A DNA stretch of 64,000 bases from Mobula hypostoma (GCF_963921235.1 NC_086097.1:76510001-76574000), one strand, 5' to 3'; positions 1 to 12,621 are shown, counted from the first letter of the stretch. Notes: a model not told the origin generated them from the sequence alone. Made by a program: numbers and translations.

Positions 1-432
1 GGCACTAGCCTTCCCACCATCCAGGATGTTTCAAAAGGCGAAGCCTCAAACATGTGGCACTCACACCCAGGATATGCCCTCTTCTCATTACTACCATCAC
101 AGGGAAGGTACAAGAGCCCAAAGACACACACTCAATATTTTAAGAACAGCTTCTTCCCTGGCATTCCCATCAGATTTCAGATATACCTCATTATATATAT
201 TACAAATTTGCCCTTCACTCCACATTGACAAATAGAATACTGTGCAAAAGACTTAGGCACCCTCACTATATATGTGTCTAAGACTTTTTCCACAGTACTG
301 TGTGTTGTGTGCATGTGTGTGTATATATCTTTTTATAGTTGATAATATATTTTATGTATTGCACTGTACTACTCCTGCAAAATAATAAATTTCATGACAT
401 ATGTCACCAGTAATGAACCTGATACTGATTCT
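1..432 (+). mobile_element. Rex1/Babar-type LINE 3' end (truncated)
   Basis: Typical 3' coding end and UTR (ctaccatcacagggaaggtacaagagccc...aacagcttcttccc) and tail aatgaacctgatactgattctga; the same motif recurs at ~1600, 2100, 6620 and 58600. Confidence 0.7.
236..300. mobile_element. Tiny palindromic Tc1/mariner-type MITE
   Basis: Imperfect terminal inverted repeats (tactgtgcaaaagacttaggcac at the left, gtgtctaagac...cacagtactg at the right) with almost no internal sequence. Confidence 0.65.
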
Positions 433-880
433 GAAAATGTAGACCACTTTTCACACCTCAGGATCAACTCTAAACAAATACAAACATAAGTGCTTGAAAA
501 TCCAAACCTCAACACCAGCACAACATCATAAAATAGAACTTCCATTTCAAGTTCTACCACTAAGTTTATCAGGTGAACAGAGGAAATTGTTCAAGAATGT
601 GCTGAAAGCTTCTATTAAAAGATACAAGATCTCCTCTAATTCATAGGAATCCTTGGCCAATGGCAATGGAGGAGGAGCACATGTAATGATATTAACAATC
701 TCAAGTCTATTCACTTGGAGCTCAAGGAAGCTCTGTGTTAAATGGCAGAAGAGCCACTTTCCCAAAATACCCACTTACTTTCCCAGAAAATCACTGACTG
801 AACCATCTATGATAGTATACTCGACTCACACATTGGTCTCACTGACCCCATCAAAACCTCCAGAATATGCATGGAAATAA
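433..880 (+). mobile_element. Degenerate RTE (BovB-like) LINE C-terminal fragment
   Basis: Translates ENVDHFSHL and GEQRKLFKNVLKASIKRYKI, resembling the RTE C-terminal motifs LENVDHFPYLGS and GGQRKRFKDVLKASLK. Confidence 0.6.
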
Positions 881-1404
881 ATCATTCTGAATAATAAATA
901 TTTTCCAAGAGAGAAAAAAAACACTTCTTAGTTAAGGGCTGCCATTACAGCAACACAGTCATATCTTAGGGTTGGGCATTCTCAAAGGCCCAGAAACAGC
1001 AGTAGTTGATGCAGACCAACTTGCAGCTAAATAACAGTGTCTCATGATGGACAAACAGTTCAGAGGAGGCCTTACCTGGGCAAAAGGTATAATTCTGTAT
1101 TATGCCAAAATACCAGTGTCTAAGGAGATTCAGGACATGATGGCAGGTGGAGCACATTAATGCACTTAAAGTGGTAGGGAAATGCAGTATATTTCCACTA
1201 TTTACACCAACCCACATTAATCTTAACTTTTATTCTCCTCAAAATCTCAACAACATCCTCTACTACCCCATTTCCACAGTTTCTGCCACTCATCTTCCAT
1301 TCTGATGAGAGGCCATAGACCCAAAACTCTGTTTCTCTTCCATAAATGCTACGTAACTTGCTGAAGGCAAGACAATGCCTAAATTTCATTTGGAGTTTGT
1401 CAAC

Positions 1405-2392
1405 TAAAACTTGAAAACTTCTACAAATGTACCATGGAGAGCATTCTAACTGGCTGCATCACCCTCTGGTATGGGGTAGTGGTGGGGTGGAGGGGGGGAA
1501 GTGAAGCAAGTTGCAGAAACTTGTAAAATTATTCAGCTCCATCATGGGTATTAGCCTCCATAGTATCCAAGACATTTTCAAGGAGTGGTGCCTTAGGAAG
1601 GCAGAGTCCATCATTAAGAAACCCCACCCCTAGAACATGCCCTCTTCTCATTGTACCTCCATCCAGATGGTAACAAAGTGTGAAAGGCACACACTCAGTG
1701 ATTTAGGAACAGCTTCTTCCCCTCTGCCATCCGATTATAAATGGACATTGAACTTGTAAACACTACCTCACTACTTTTTTTTTGCACTATTTTAAATTAA
1801 CTATTTAATATACATATATATGTGTATGCTTACTGTAATATCAGAATCAGGTTTGTTATCACAGGCATGTGACGTGAAATTTGTTAACTTAACAGTAGCA
1901 GTTCAAGGCAATATACAATCTAGCAGAGAGAGAGAAAAAATAAAATGTAATAATAATTAAACAAGTAAATCAATTTATGTATATTGAATAATTATTTTTA
2001 AAAAATGTGTAAAAACAGAAATATTGTATATTTAAAAAAGTGAGGTAGTGTCCAAAGCTTCAATGTCCATTTAGGAATCGGATGGCAGAGGGGAAGAAGC
2101 TGTTCCTGAATCGCTGAGTGTGTGCCTTCAGGCTTCTGTACCTCCTACCTGATGGTAACAGTGAGAAAAGGGCAGGCCCTGGGTGCTGGAGGTCCTTAAT
2201 AATGGACGCTGCCTTTCTGAGACACCGCTCCCGAAAGATGTCCTGGGTGCCCAAGATATATATATAATATATATACACATATATTTACTGTAATTCAGCT
2301 TTTTCTCTATATTTATCATGTACTTCATTGTATTGCTGTCACAACTTTAACAAATTTCACGACACATGGCAATGATATTAAACCTGATTCTG
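1405..2392 (+). mobile_element. Rex1/Babar-type 3' end with a same-family minus-strand copy nested at ~1842-2252
   Basis: Plus copy reads ESILTGCITLWYG...NSFFPSAIR; ORF 2060-2278(-) reads QDIFRERCLRKAASIIKD...FRNSFFPSAIRFLN; ttactgtaat occurs on both sides of the nested copy. Confidence 0.8.
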
Positions 2393-2879
2393 AACCTTTG
2401 GCACTTATTTTAAGTTTTCAGCTCCCATACTACATTTTCAAGACCAAGACCTTTCATCCAAAATTAAATTTATTGACCAATGCTTAAGCAAGGTACATGT
2501 GCCTGGAAGGGGTAGAAGAAATGATAAATGCAATTAAGTCATAAACAGAAATAACTGTGCCTAAGGGGATGGCAATGGTATGGATTACGAAACAAAAACA
2601 GTGGTTTTAGAGGAGGTGACATAGAAATGAAAGAATGATTACCAACCTTTATTGTCCAAAATATGGGAGATTTTGTCACGATCTGAAAAATAAAATTGCT
2701 TGAGCCCAGAAGCCTGATAACAGCTGAATGGAAAGGCAAGGTGCTGTCATGAATCTATCAAGTGTATGGAGATTTAAAAAGGCAACATTCAGAAGTGCCA
2801 GGTTTTGCTTGTGGATTGAGTAGAGGCATTCTAGGATCATCAGCTTTTCACTTTTCCCTACATTTGTCCAATAAAAAGG

Positions 2880-3835
2880 AACATAGAATGGTATTAGGCT
2901 CTTCAACTACCATGTCTCTGGTGACCATGATGCCAATCAAAAATAATCCTATCTTTCAGCACCTTGTCCATACCATACTGTTTCCTGCCTGTTCATATGT
3001 CTGTAATGCCTCTAAAGCAGGGTTCCCAACCTTTTTTAATGCCATGGATCCCTATCATTAACTGAGAGGTCCGTGGACTCCAGGTTCGGAACCCCTGCTT
3101 TAAAGTATCGCTATCATACCTGTGTCTACCATCTCCTCTGGTAGCACATTTCAGACACCTACCACCCTGTTTAAAAAAAAACTTGCACATCTCCTTTGAA
3201 CTCCTCCCCCCACACCTTAAACCCATGCCCTCTCATATTTGACATTGGCACCATGAGAAAAAGACTGACTATCCACCCTATTTTATGCTTCTCATAATTT
3301 TACACACGTCTGTTAGGTCTCCCCTCATCCTTGCTTACCCCAGAACAAACAATCCAAGTTCTGTGATGCAGGGTGTTGACTCAAAACATCAATAATTCCT
3401 TTGCATTCCCCATCAACAACAAAAAATGCTGTTGACTGAAGAGTTCCACCAGCATTTACTTTTTGATCCAAGTTTGTCCAACTCTCCTTATAGCTGATAT
3501 ATTTCAACCAAGATAACATCCTGGTGACTGTCTTCCGCACCTTCCCCAAAGCGTTCGTGTCGTTCCTGCAGTGTAGTGACTAGAATTGTATTGAGTACTC
3601 CAAATGTAACCTAACTAAACTTTTTATGCAGTTGTAATGTGATATTCTGACTTTTATACTCAATATCCTGAATTTTAATGGTAAGCATACATTATGCTTT
3701 CATTACCACCCTATCTACTCCTTTTGCCACCTTCAGGGAACTATGAACTTGCACCCAAGATCCCTCTGTACATTAATGCTTCTAAAGGTCTTCCCAATTA
3801 CTGTATACCTTTCCCTGCATTTGACCTCCTGCATT
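2880..3835 (-). mobile_element. Degenerate CR1 LINE 3' portion
   Basis: ORF 3325-3549(-) KVRKTVTRMLSWLKYISYKE matches the CR1 RT C-terminus (ERVQKRFTRMLPGLE.ISYKE); aacatagaa tail near 2880. Confidence 0.7.
3018..3097. mobile_element. 80 bp hAT (Charlie/MER5-like) MITE
   Basis: TIRs cagggttcccaacct / aggttcggaacccctg; 8 bp TSD ctctaaag (3010-3017) / ctttaaag (3098-3105) with one mismatch. Confidence 0.8.
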
Positions 3836-3939
3836 TTCGTATTATCAACAAATTTAAAGGAGAATATTGGGGTTTTGTTAGACTCCATTTGACTCTTCCA
3901 GGGAAATCAACCAATTAAATAAAAAGGAGGTGGAGCTTA

Positions 3940-4745
3940 GGAGGATGATGGCACCTAATGGCAACTCTTTTGCTTGCATCTTCGGAAACAGCTCTATTCT
4001 ATCTTTAATATCTCTTTTTTCCCTTTTCAGGGTTGTTTTGAAGACCCTGACCTGGAGTTACACACTGACTTCAGTTCTTTACGGAAATGGAACCCGCTCT
4101 TGAGGCCTCATGGCCGGCCGCTTTTCAATATGCCAGGGACGTGGCCCGGAAGATTAGTGTGCCTTCAGGGTGTCAAATTTTCATGGCTCTGGAGGCGGGT
4201 GGATTCAAGGCCGGTGCTGCAGCCTGATACGTCTTGGGACTCGGATGATCATAAGCAGCGAGCTAGCTACTGGCTGTGTGCCCAGAGACCTGAGTTCTTT
4301 GGGCACAGAGCTCAGGAAAAGCGACGCAATGGACTTTTAACACCATAAATCAGTGAGTTACTTTGTTATGTCTCCCCTCTCGCTGTGAAACAGGGACACC
4401 TCGTTTTCCCTTATATAAGAGAGAGAGCCGGTGGGATGTCAAATTACTGGTTCAACGAGTAGTCTTTGGGCCACTGCAAGTTTGTGTCTTCATTGATACT
4501 TGCTGCATGCTTGAGTGCTCGGTGGGGGTTGCCGATGCTTTTTTTTAAACCGGTGGGGGAGGGGTTTGTTGCTTTGCTGCTGTTTATGTGCGGGATGGAA
4601 GAGCTGGGGGGCTTTGGGGTTCTAACATTTAACTGTCATTCATTCTTTGGGGTACTCCCCTGTTTGTGTGGATGGTTGTGAAGAGAAAGAATTTCAGGAT
4701 GTATATTGTATACATTTTTCTGACATTAAATGTACCTATTGAAAC
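3940..4745 (+). mobile_element. Non-coding interspersed retroelement, copy 1 (unassigned family)
   Basis: About 4200-4745 aligns by eye with 26955-27510; both end aatttcaggatgtatattgtatacattt.tctgacattaaatgt...ttgaaac. Confidence 0.7.
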
Positions 4746-5130
4746 ATGTACGATAACAACTCAGAAACAAACATAAAAGAATAAGTGGAACAAACAGTGA
4801 ATGCTAATCCTTTTAACTTCATTTCCTATACAGGCGAATACTATCAAATTCTCCTGTAATAGCAGGCTGATAATTTCTTTCCTTAGTTAAGTTAATGCCT
4901 TACTATATCTATTGTATGTTTAGTTGTGTGCTTTTCTGTAGTTGCCAAGTGATACACCAGAAAAGAGGTAACATTTATAATATTAAACAGCAATTTGAAA
5001 CACTGAATTATTACTATGCTATTTTCACAAATTCTGCACACATGGTCAACACTTTCACATTGAAATACAAATCAGCATCAAATGTAGATCAAGAATTCCT
5101 ATGTTGAGCCACAACCATCACAAAGACCAA

Positions 5131-5475
5131 ATCAATATCACTAAAATCATTTGCATTTATAAAAATATAGCAGAAACGGTCATTACTTATACACAAGTAA
5201 GATTTACTGCATTGGGTGGATCCAGTTGAAATGGGTGTGTCAATCAAGGAATTTGAATTCCATTTCAATGTAATCATAACACAATTCAAAACAAATAATC
5301 ATGTGATCAATATCACTAAAATCATTCCTATTTATAAAAAAAAGTAGCAAAAACCATCATTGCTTATAGACAAATTAGATTTATTGAATTGGGTAGATCC
5401 AGACTTTATGGGTGTGTCAAACAAGGAATTTGAATTGATTTCAGTGTAATCATTACCCAATTCAAAACAAATAAC
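5131..5475. repeat. Diverged tandem duplication, two ~175 bp units
   Basis: Units start atcaatatcactaaaatcatt at 5131 and 5306; both contain atgggtgtgtcaa..aaggaatttgaatt and end caattcaaaacaaataa. Confidence 0.9.
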
Positions 5476-5825
5476 ATTCTTGTCAAGTATTTCTGGCACA
5501 TCATACAAGGATGCAAGTACAGGTTAAGTTTGTATTACAATTGTTTGGGTAACAGAAATTCAGCCTGAGGGAATTCATAAATCACCATCAAAAATCTGAG
5601 ATAAAGAATAAAAGGAACCAGTCTCATGAAATATGTGTGAAATTTAATGTTTTTTTGAACTTGCATTTCTTGATGCATGGACAAATTATGCAATTTTTGC
5701 ATTACAGAATATAGCGATAGGAATGGCTTATTTGTAATGCAACCCCCTGACATAAAGCGGAAATGGGGTGGGGACTGTAGGGATATATGATGCAATGTCT
5801 TTTTCATTTCCCTAATTTATAACTA

Positions 5826-6376
5826 CACTCAATGGACAACTTATCAGGGACCTCCTGTCCCTAATAAAGTGGTCACTGTATATGCCCATGGTCATGTGCT
5901 GCTGTAACAATTCACTTCAAAAGTTAATATGTTGTGCATTCAGAGATGCTCTTCTGCACATCACTGTTGTAACATGTGGTTATTTGAGTTACTGCACCTT
6001 TCTGTCAGTTTGAACCAGTCTGGCCATTCTCCTCTGATCTCTCTCATTAACAAGGCACTTTCACCCACAGAACAGCAGCTCATTGGAAGTTTTTTGTTGT
6101 TTTTTTTTGCAACATTCTCTGTAAACTCCAGAGACTGTTGTGAGTGAAAAGCAGATCAGCAGATGCTGAGATACTTTGGCACCAACAATCATTCCATGGT
6201 CAAAGTCTCTTAGATCACACCCCTTCCCCATTCTGATGTTAGGTCTGAATAATTAAACCCGTTGAGCATGTCTGCATGTTTTTCATGTGTTCAGTTGTTG
6301 CCACATGATTGACTAATTAGATAAGTGCATTAATGAGCAGGTGTACAGGTATACCCAATAAGGTGGTCACTGAGTG
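5826..6376. mobile_element. Tc1-derived non-autonomous element
   Basis: TA|cactcaatggacaacttat ... ataaggtggtcactgagtg|TA inverted termini with TA TSD; related copy at ~38400-39460. Confidence 0.8.
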
Positions 6377-6516
6377 TAGGTATGAATTCTAAGTTTTTTA
6401 AAAAAATCCATTCAGATAATTCTCTGCTTTTCATGTACACTTTCTAAACCTATCTCTTAAGTGCAACTGATTGTGTAAACCAAACTTAAAATTGGTAGCT
6501 TAAATAATCAGAGTAA

Positions 6517-6906
6517 ATGGGTATTAGCCTCTGTAGTATCCAAGATATCTTCAAGGAGCGGTGCCTCAGAAAGGCAGCATCCATTACTAAGGACCTCATC
6601 ACCCAAGATGTTCTCATTGTTACCATCAGACAGGAGGTACAGAAGCCTGAAGGCACACACTCAGCAATTCAAGAACAGCTTCTTCCCCTCTGCCATCCGA
6701 CTTCTAAATGGACATTGAACCCATGAACACTACCTCACTTAAAAAAAATTATTTCTGCACTATTTTAATAACTATTTAATATTCATATATACTGACTGTA
6801 ATTGATTGATTTTTTCTTTCTATATTTCTCTTGTATTGAATCGTACAGCTACCGGTAGTTAACAAATTTCGTGACATATCCCAATGATATTAAACCTGAT
6901 TCCGAT
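6517..6906 (+). mobile_element. Rex1/Babar-type 3' end
   Basis: SIQDIFKERCLRKAASITKD; tail gatattaaacctgattccga. Confidence 0.8.
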
Positions 6907-9299
6907 TTATTTTACAAACTAATAAAAAGGCCTCAAAACCTTTTGATATTAGCTATCGGTGCATATGCACAGAAATACTTATACCAAAAAAAATCACAAG
7001 AAATCAAAAATATTATCTTACTCATCAAAATATTATATTTTCATTAACAAGAGAAATGATACAAGTCTTCATTGAAGCTATCCAAAAGATACTGCAGAAG
7101 TAATTCCACTGAATGTTCACAGTCTAGGTCAATCCAGAGGAAAATAGAAAAGTTTACTCTATTGGTCATTTATCTAGTTGAGGATTTAACTGCAGGTATT
7201 TAACCTATTTTGACTTTACTTTTGTTTAAAATAGAAGTTATCCAATCAAAATTAAAATACTATAAACTATACAGCTCAATCAGAAAAACCCAAATGGAAA
7301 ATGAGACACCCAAACAGAACAGGTAAACATAGAAAAAGCAGTGAAGCAAAATTCATTTTTTCTAAACATTGGGAAGGAGATGCACAGCTTGTTCACAGCT
7401 AACAAATATTATATACAGCCTGTATGAATTTGCCAGATGCTGCAGAGAGGCAGGCACCTTCTGCTACCTGGGAACTACAGCATGTTTACATTCACATTTC
7501 CAATTTGGAACTGTTCAGATTACATGGACCAGGAAGAGTTTTAGAAAACTCACTTGGAGAATATAAGATGTGAAACACTGTTCAACAGCACACATAAGAT
7601 AGAATCTAATATACAAATTTAACAATAGTGCTTAAGATTACTTGTCAGTGAACTTGATAGCAGCTACTAATAATGATAAGTTTTGCGATCATATGGGATG
7701 AAGAAAGGTGTTACGTTTTCTGGTTATATCAGCTTTCGAGGTGGATTCTCCTTCATTTGGTCAGATCATTCCTGTCTCACATCCTTGCTATTCTTTGCCC
7801 ATCCTAGAGTCCACCCTCTCTATTCTTAATCTTCATAACTTTGATGTAGATGTAGTTTCTTTCCCAGCATGATTTTATAAAGAATAAAAGCACTAAAACT
7901 GGAATTTGAATAAGAATTCTTATAATTTGCTCAAAAATGTTTTTGAGTGAGCGCCAGCCTTGCTTTTATCTCAAACAACTCACTTAGTAATAGCTACACC
8001 CATGGCTGTAGACAAGGGCTCGAATCAACCAGTTGTCCATTTGACACAGAGTTTTTGGAGGGAATTACTGCAAGATGAAACTATCATGACAACTTCTGGC
8101 AATGTATCATTGATGATTACTATAAGGTAATTATCACTGTACATTATGAATATGATATTAACAGTAAATGAATTGTTATAGATCTTGGAGGGATATTAGC
8201 CTATTCCCACAGAGAATTCTCTAATGTCCTACAAGTCAGAAGTAACAAATTGATCAGAGGACGTTAACGGTCCATTTCAGATTTTATTTACCTAAAGTAA
8301 TTTAAAGCTCTAGCAGTGCAGGCACTTATGTTCTTAGGAAAGTAAATCAATAACACATTTATTTATGGCAGAGTAAAAACCACTTAAAACCAGGGTATCT
8401 CCAAGGGACTCACCATTTGTTTTGCTTTACTTTTAAATTTATTACAATATTTCCCTTTTGTCCCCTCCTCCTTACATCTTAAAACTTATTTATGTCTAAC
8501 ATTTCCCATGCTGAAGAACAATTATTGACCTATAACATCAGTCCGTATCTTTTTCTACAGCTGTTGCCTGACCGGTTAAGCAGCTTCAATCAATGATTTG
8601 ATGTCCAAAAATCCATGTAATTGGTTAAATTAACCAGAAGATGCTGAAAAAGAATGTGTTGTATTTAAACAACTGTAAATTAAATGAAGTAGACTTGGAA
8701 AAGATTTAAAAAGGTTAAAACTGTGTTTTCAGGAGGCACTCTGAAGCCACGTGAATGCCTTCTCACCGGAATCTGTAAACTCGCACTCAAGCATAGCCTT
8801 CAATCTCACAAAACCATCAGGCAAGAGAACCATTTTTGGTCCTGTCAAGAATGTAGAACAGGATGCCAAGAACAACACCAGGAGTAGATAGAAATCACAA
8901 TTCAAAACTACTTTGTAATAGACAAGGCTAAAGCTTTGCAGACTTGTTACATGCAAATATACATGAAACAGAAAATAAAGCAGATAACAAGACCCTGTCA
9001 AGATTCCTGTCTTAGAGAATGGCAGAATACAGGACGCAAGCAAGTGCAAAAGATGCAATCACCTTCAGCCACAAGTATTGACCGACAAGTCCATTTTGCT
9101 GTTCTGCTGAGGTGCCAAACGGAAGCCACTCTTCACAAGTTTGATTCATTCCAGGTCATTTTAGGAAACAGATAAACTCAACTGGTAGAGTAAAGGCTCT
9201 TGAGTCCCAACAACATCCCAACAATAGTCCTGAAAAATCAACTTTCAAAATTAGCTGTACCTCTAGCCAAACTTTGTCGTACAAATATAATACCAACAT

Positions 9300-9490
9300 C
9301 TGGAAACTGCAGATGCTCAAATCTGAAGAAAAAAAGCAAACTGCTGGAGGAACTCAGCGGGTCAGTCAGCCTCTGAGGGAAATAGACAGTTGATGTTTCG
9401 CGTCTGGACGAGATGAAGGATCTCCACCTGAAATGCTGACTATCCATTTCCATCCACAGTGGCTGACTGACCTGCTGAATTCCTTTCACG
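9300..9490. mobile_element. Degenerate fold-back PLE terminal mini-element
   Basis: Arm ctgcagatgct...ggaggaactcagcgggtcag and its inverse ctgacctgctgaattcct, with hammerhead remnants (gatgaaggatctccacctgaaatgctgact). Confidence 0.65.
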
Positions 9491-9696
9491 CGAGTACTGG
9501 GATCTAACAAATTAGAAAATTACCAAAAAATGTCAAATCCAGTCAAGCTAATAATCACCACCAAATTGTTCTCTACTAACACCAAATCATGAGAGTTATC
9601 ACTGATAGCACTCAACAATAACCTGGATGGTGATATTCATTCTGGATTCTGCCAGAAACACTGGGTTCTATACAGTTTCATAACATTGGTCCAAAT

Positions 9697-11640
9697 CTTT
9701 GTTTATGGCAGTTGGCAACCAGTTTTCTATGCATTACCGCCACCTGGTAGACTTCTTGTGCTTCAACCAAATATGTCCTGGAGCTCTCTACTTTAGACAA
9801 TCTAGTTCAGCCTGCAGTTCTCTATTAGCATAACTCTGTAGTTGCAATTCCTCGTGAATGTTTAATGTGGTCATTAGATAATGCCGCAAAATGCTATTCT
9901 TCCCTAATTTTGTCACGTTTTTGCGTAGTTGCATTACCTCAATTACATTGATTTCATCTACATCACTTGTAAGAATAAAATCTTCTTGTTAAAGAATAGT
10001 AATTATCGTACGTTATATTTTTAAAATTGCTGTTTTTCCAAGTCTATCTGCTTTTTTTTTCAGGTATTCCTTTTTTTGGATCGTAGACTGCAGTTGTTTA
10101 CTGAGACCTCGGAGTTCTTCTTCATTTGCTTCCATGTTTTCATTTTATAATCTGAATGTAGATAATTCACTTTGCAACAAATTCCTTTTCCTTTTGTATC
10201 CTTGTAATAATATCCTCCATTTTCCAATCTCTTTCCAATTCACCGTTGTTTTTGTCGGGTACTTCTATTTGTTGTTGGAGTTCTGCACGTTTACCCTGGG
10301 CTTCAACCATAAAATCTGAGGATTTTCCTTAAGTTCTGAAACATTTCTTAAATTCTTGACCATTTGCGATAAATGTACTGCCATTAAGATTCTATCTCCT
10401 CTGCCTGTGAACTGTTGGATTCTCCATTCAGCGTTTCTTTGACTCCTTCCCACCTAATCCCTTTAATACCAAGATACTTTTCTGCAGACTTGATGATAAT
10501 TTTAATTTATCAGTTCTTTTGCTTGTTTGCACTGAACAATTAATTGCATCCACCATAAAAAGCATGAAATCCTTTCTACTCATTAATAGTGTATCCTTAT
10601 TTTTCATATTACAGCTCTCACAATTCACCAGTTTATTATTCCCTGTATTTGTTTGCTTGACAGCCTCTTTTTCATCAAATTCTTTCACTGCCTCTGCATA
10701 ACTGATTCCTTGAGTTACTTTTATATACTGTATCTCAGCTGTCTTCTTGCTATAAATGCACCCTCGATAAGCTGTGCTGTGTTCCTCGCCACAATTGCAG
10801 CATTTCAGCCTAGCTCCCGCTTCACATTTCCCATATTCATGTTCTCCAGCGCATCTCCCACATCTTTGTTTTCCTCTGCAGACTGCCGCAATGTGCCCTA
10901 ATTTCTGACATTTATAGCATCTTAAAGGAGGTGGTATATATATTCTAACCGCATAACACATATACCTTAAGTAAACAGTAGTCAGCAATCTCTCTTCATC
11001 AAAGTTAATCATTACCGATAAACTATCATTTTCCCATTTCTTGTAACTTTCAAACATTTGGCCTCAATAATTTTTGCTTCTTTTATGTTCTGTTTAATCT
11101 CATCTATAGTAATTTTTGTTGGTATCCCCGAAATAACTCCTTTAGTCCACTTTCTATTGTTGGGTATTGAGCATTGTACTTCTTTGCCATCTATTTTACA
11201 TGATCTTATCACTTTGCCTTGCTGAGCACTATCCTGACAAATCACTAATAGCGATCCATTGCTCCTTTAATCTCGCCTATAATTTTGTTGAGCATCTTTG
11301 TCAAACGAATCAGGTTCCAGTCACCAAAAGACACCCCGTCTTCACTTAGTTTTATAATTGCTTTAATCTCATCTTCTTCCCATTGTTTTGCTGTCCTGTT
11401 TTGATCATCCCCTGACTCCTCAGAGTTTGATATCCCATACCTCTGCTTTCTTTTCTTCCTCTTTCCATTCTGTTCCTCTTTCCCGCCGACCTCCATCTCT
11501 AGTTTACTTCCACTCTCGCCAAAAACTTTCTTCAACAGCTTGGCTCTTTCCTTGATGTTCTCTCTCTCTGCCATTTTCCAGTCACAACTCTACTCCCTTT
11601 GGAGTTCTTCTACCTCTCCTGGAAACAGCCAGCCACCAGT
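9697..11640 (-). mobile_element. Nimb/I-clade LINE copy A: frameshifted ORF1, first codons of ORF2, foreign insert, 3' terminus
   Basis: ORFs 11245-11574, 11012-11245 and 10428-11057 give a gag-like ORF1 with three CCHC knuckles (CYKCQKLGHIAAVC, CGRCAGEHEYGKC, CCNCGEEHSTAYRGC), highly similar to copy B; Nimb-like 3' end AGGTGGCGGTAATGC...GTTGCCAACTGCCATAAAC at ~9700-9745. Confidence 0.85.
9770..10299 (-). pseudogene. Degenerate coiled-coil coding fragment of unknown origin inside Nimb copy A
   Basis: My translation: QGKRAELQQQIEVPDKNNGELERDWKMEDIITRIQKEKE / LLQSELSTFRL*NENMEANEEELRGLSKQLQSTIQKKEYLKKKADRL...EVMQLRKNVTKL...HEELQLQSYANRELQAELDCLK*; rich in E/Q/K/L, with one frameshift and several stops. 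Confidence 0.55.
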
Positions 11641-12031
11641 GACTATCCTGAACATCAAGACATCATTTAAATGCCTCAACTAATCCTCATAAAAGTGAAG
11701 TTAATGGCTATCATGATGCAAGCTCTCCACTGGTTAGAGTTAAACAACACATTGAGTATCCTTGGAGGGCAAGTACATCAATATTGAACAACAGTACCAT
11801 AATTCCTGAAGATTGTGTCCTACCTCAGTTATCTTCAGCCGCTTCCCTTCATCATGCAAGATGGGGGTTGGGGGGGCCAGATGTTTATTAATGGTTCTAG
11901 GGAATTCAGTTTTAATAACAACTGTGGTGAACTTGTCCATGCTCTCATCTATCAAGGCCACTGCAGTATTCAAACATGGACTGCAAAGAGATTTTTCACA
12001 GTTCTCAACAAAGTACATTCCAGTGCCCACA

Positions 12032-12621
12032 TGGGCACGTGGCCAAGTGGTTAAGGCATTGGACTAGCGACCTGAAGGTCATGAGTTCGAGCCCCAGCCG
12101 AGGCATCGTGTTGTGTCCTTGAGCAAGGCACTTAATCATTGCTCTGCGACAACACTGGTGCCAAGCTGTATGGGTCCTAATGTCCTTCCCTTGGACAACA
12201 TTGGTGTCGTGGAGAGGGGAGATTTGCAGCATGGGTAACTGCTGGTCTTCCATACAACCTTGCCCAGGCCTGCGCCCTGAAGAGTGAAGACTTTCCAGGC
12301 GCAGATCCATGGTCTCGCAAGACTAACAGTTTAAGAATAAGGGGTAGGCCATTTAGAATGGAGTTGAGGAAAAACTTTTTCACCCAGAGAGTGGTGGATA
12401 TATGGAATGCTCTGCCCCAGAAGGCTGTGGAGGCCAAGTCTCTGGAGAAAGAGATGGATAGAGCTCTTAAAGATAGCGGAATCAAAGGTTATGGGGATAA
12501 GGCAGGAACTGGATACTGATTGTGGATGATCAGCCATGATCACAGTGAATGGCGGTGCTGGCTCGAAGGGCCAAATGGCTTACTCACCTGTTGTCTATTG
12601 TCTATAAGACTAACGGATGCC
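12032..12621 (+). mobile_element. tRNA-derived CORE-type SINE interrupted by a CR1 3' end
   Basis: A box tggccaagtgg, B box gagttcgagcc, CORE-like gtgtccttgagcaaggcacttaa; the tail resumes aagactaacggatgcct after the insert. Confidence 0.8.
12328..12605 (+). mobile_element. Young 5'-truncated CR1 3' end
   Basis: Perfect 9 bp TSD aagactaac (12319-12327 / 12606-12614); (ctattgt)n tail; nearly the same sequence as 56998-57232. Confidence 0.9.

Noticed and set aside
8050..8127. Plus-strand exon candidate SFWRELLQDETIM...
   Set aside because: Weak acceptor, unrecognised peptide and no supporting neighbours.
12032..12105. tRNA gene
   Set aside because: A and B boxes are present, but the sequence runs into a CORE-like SINE body with no acceptor-stem closure or poly-T terminator.
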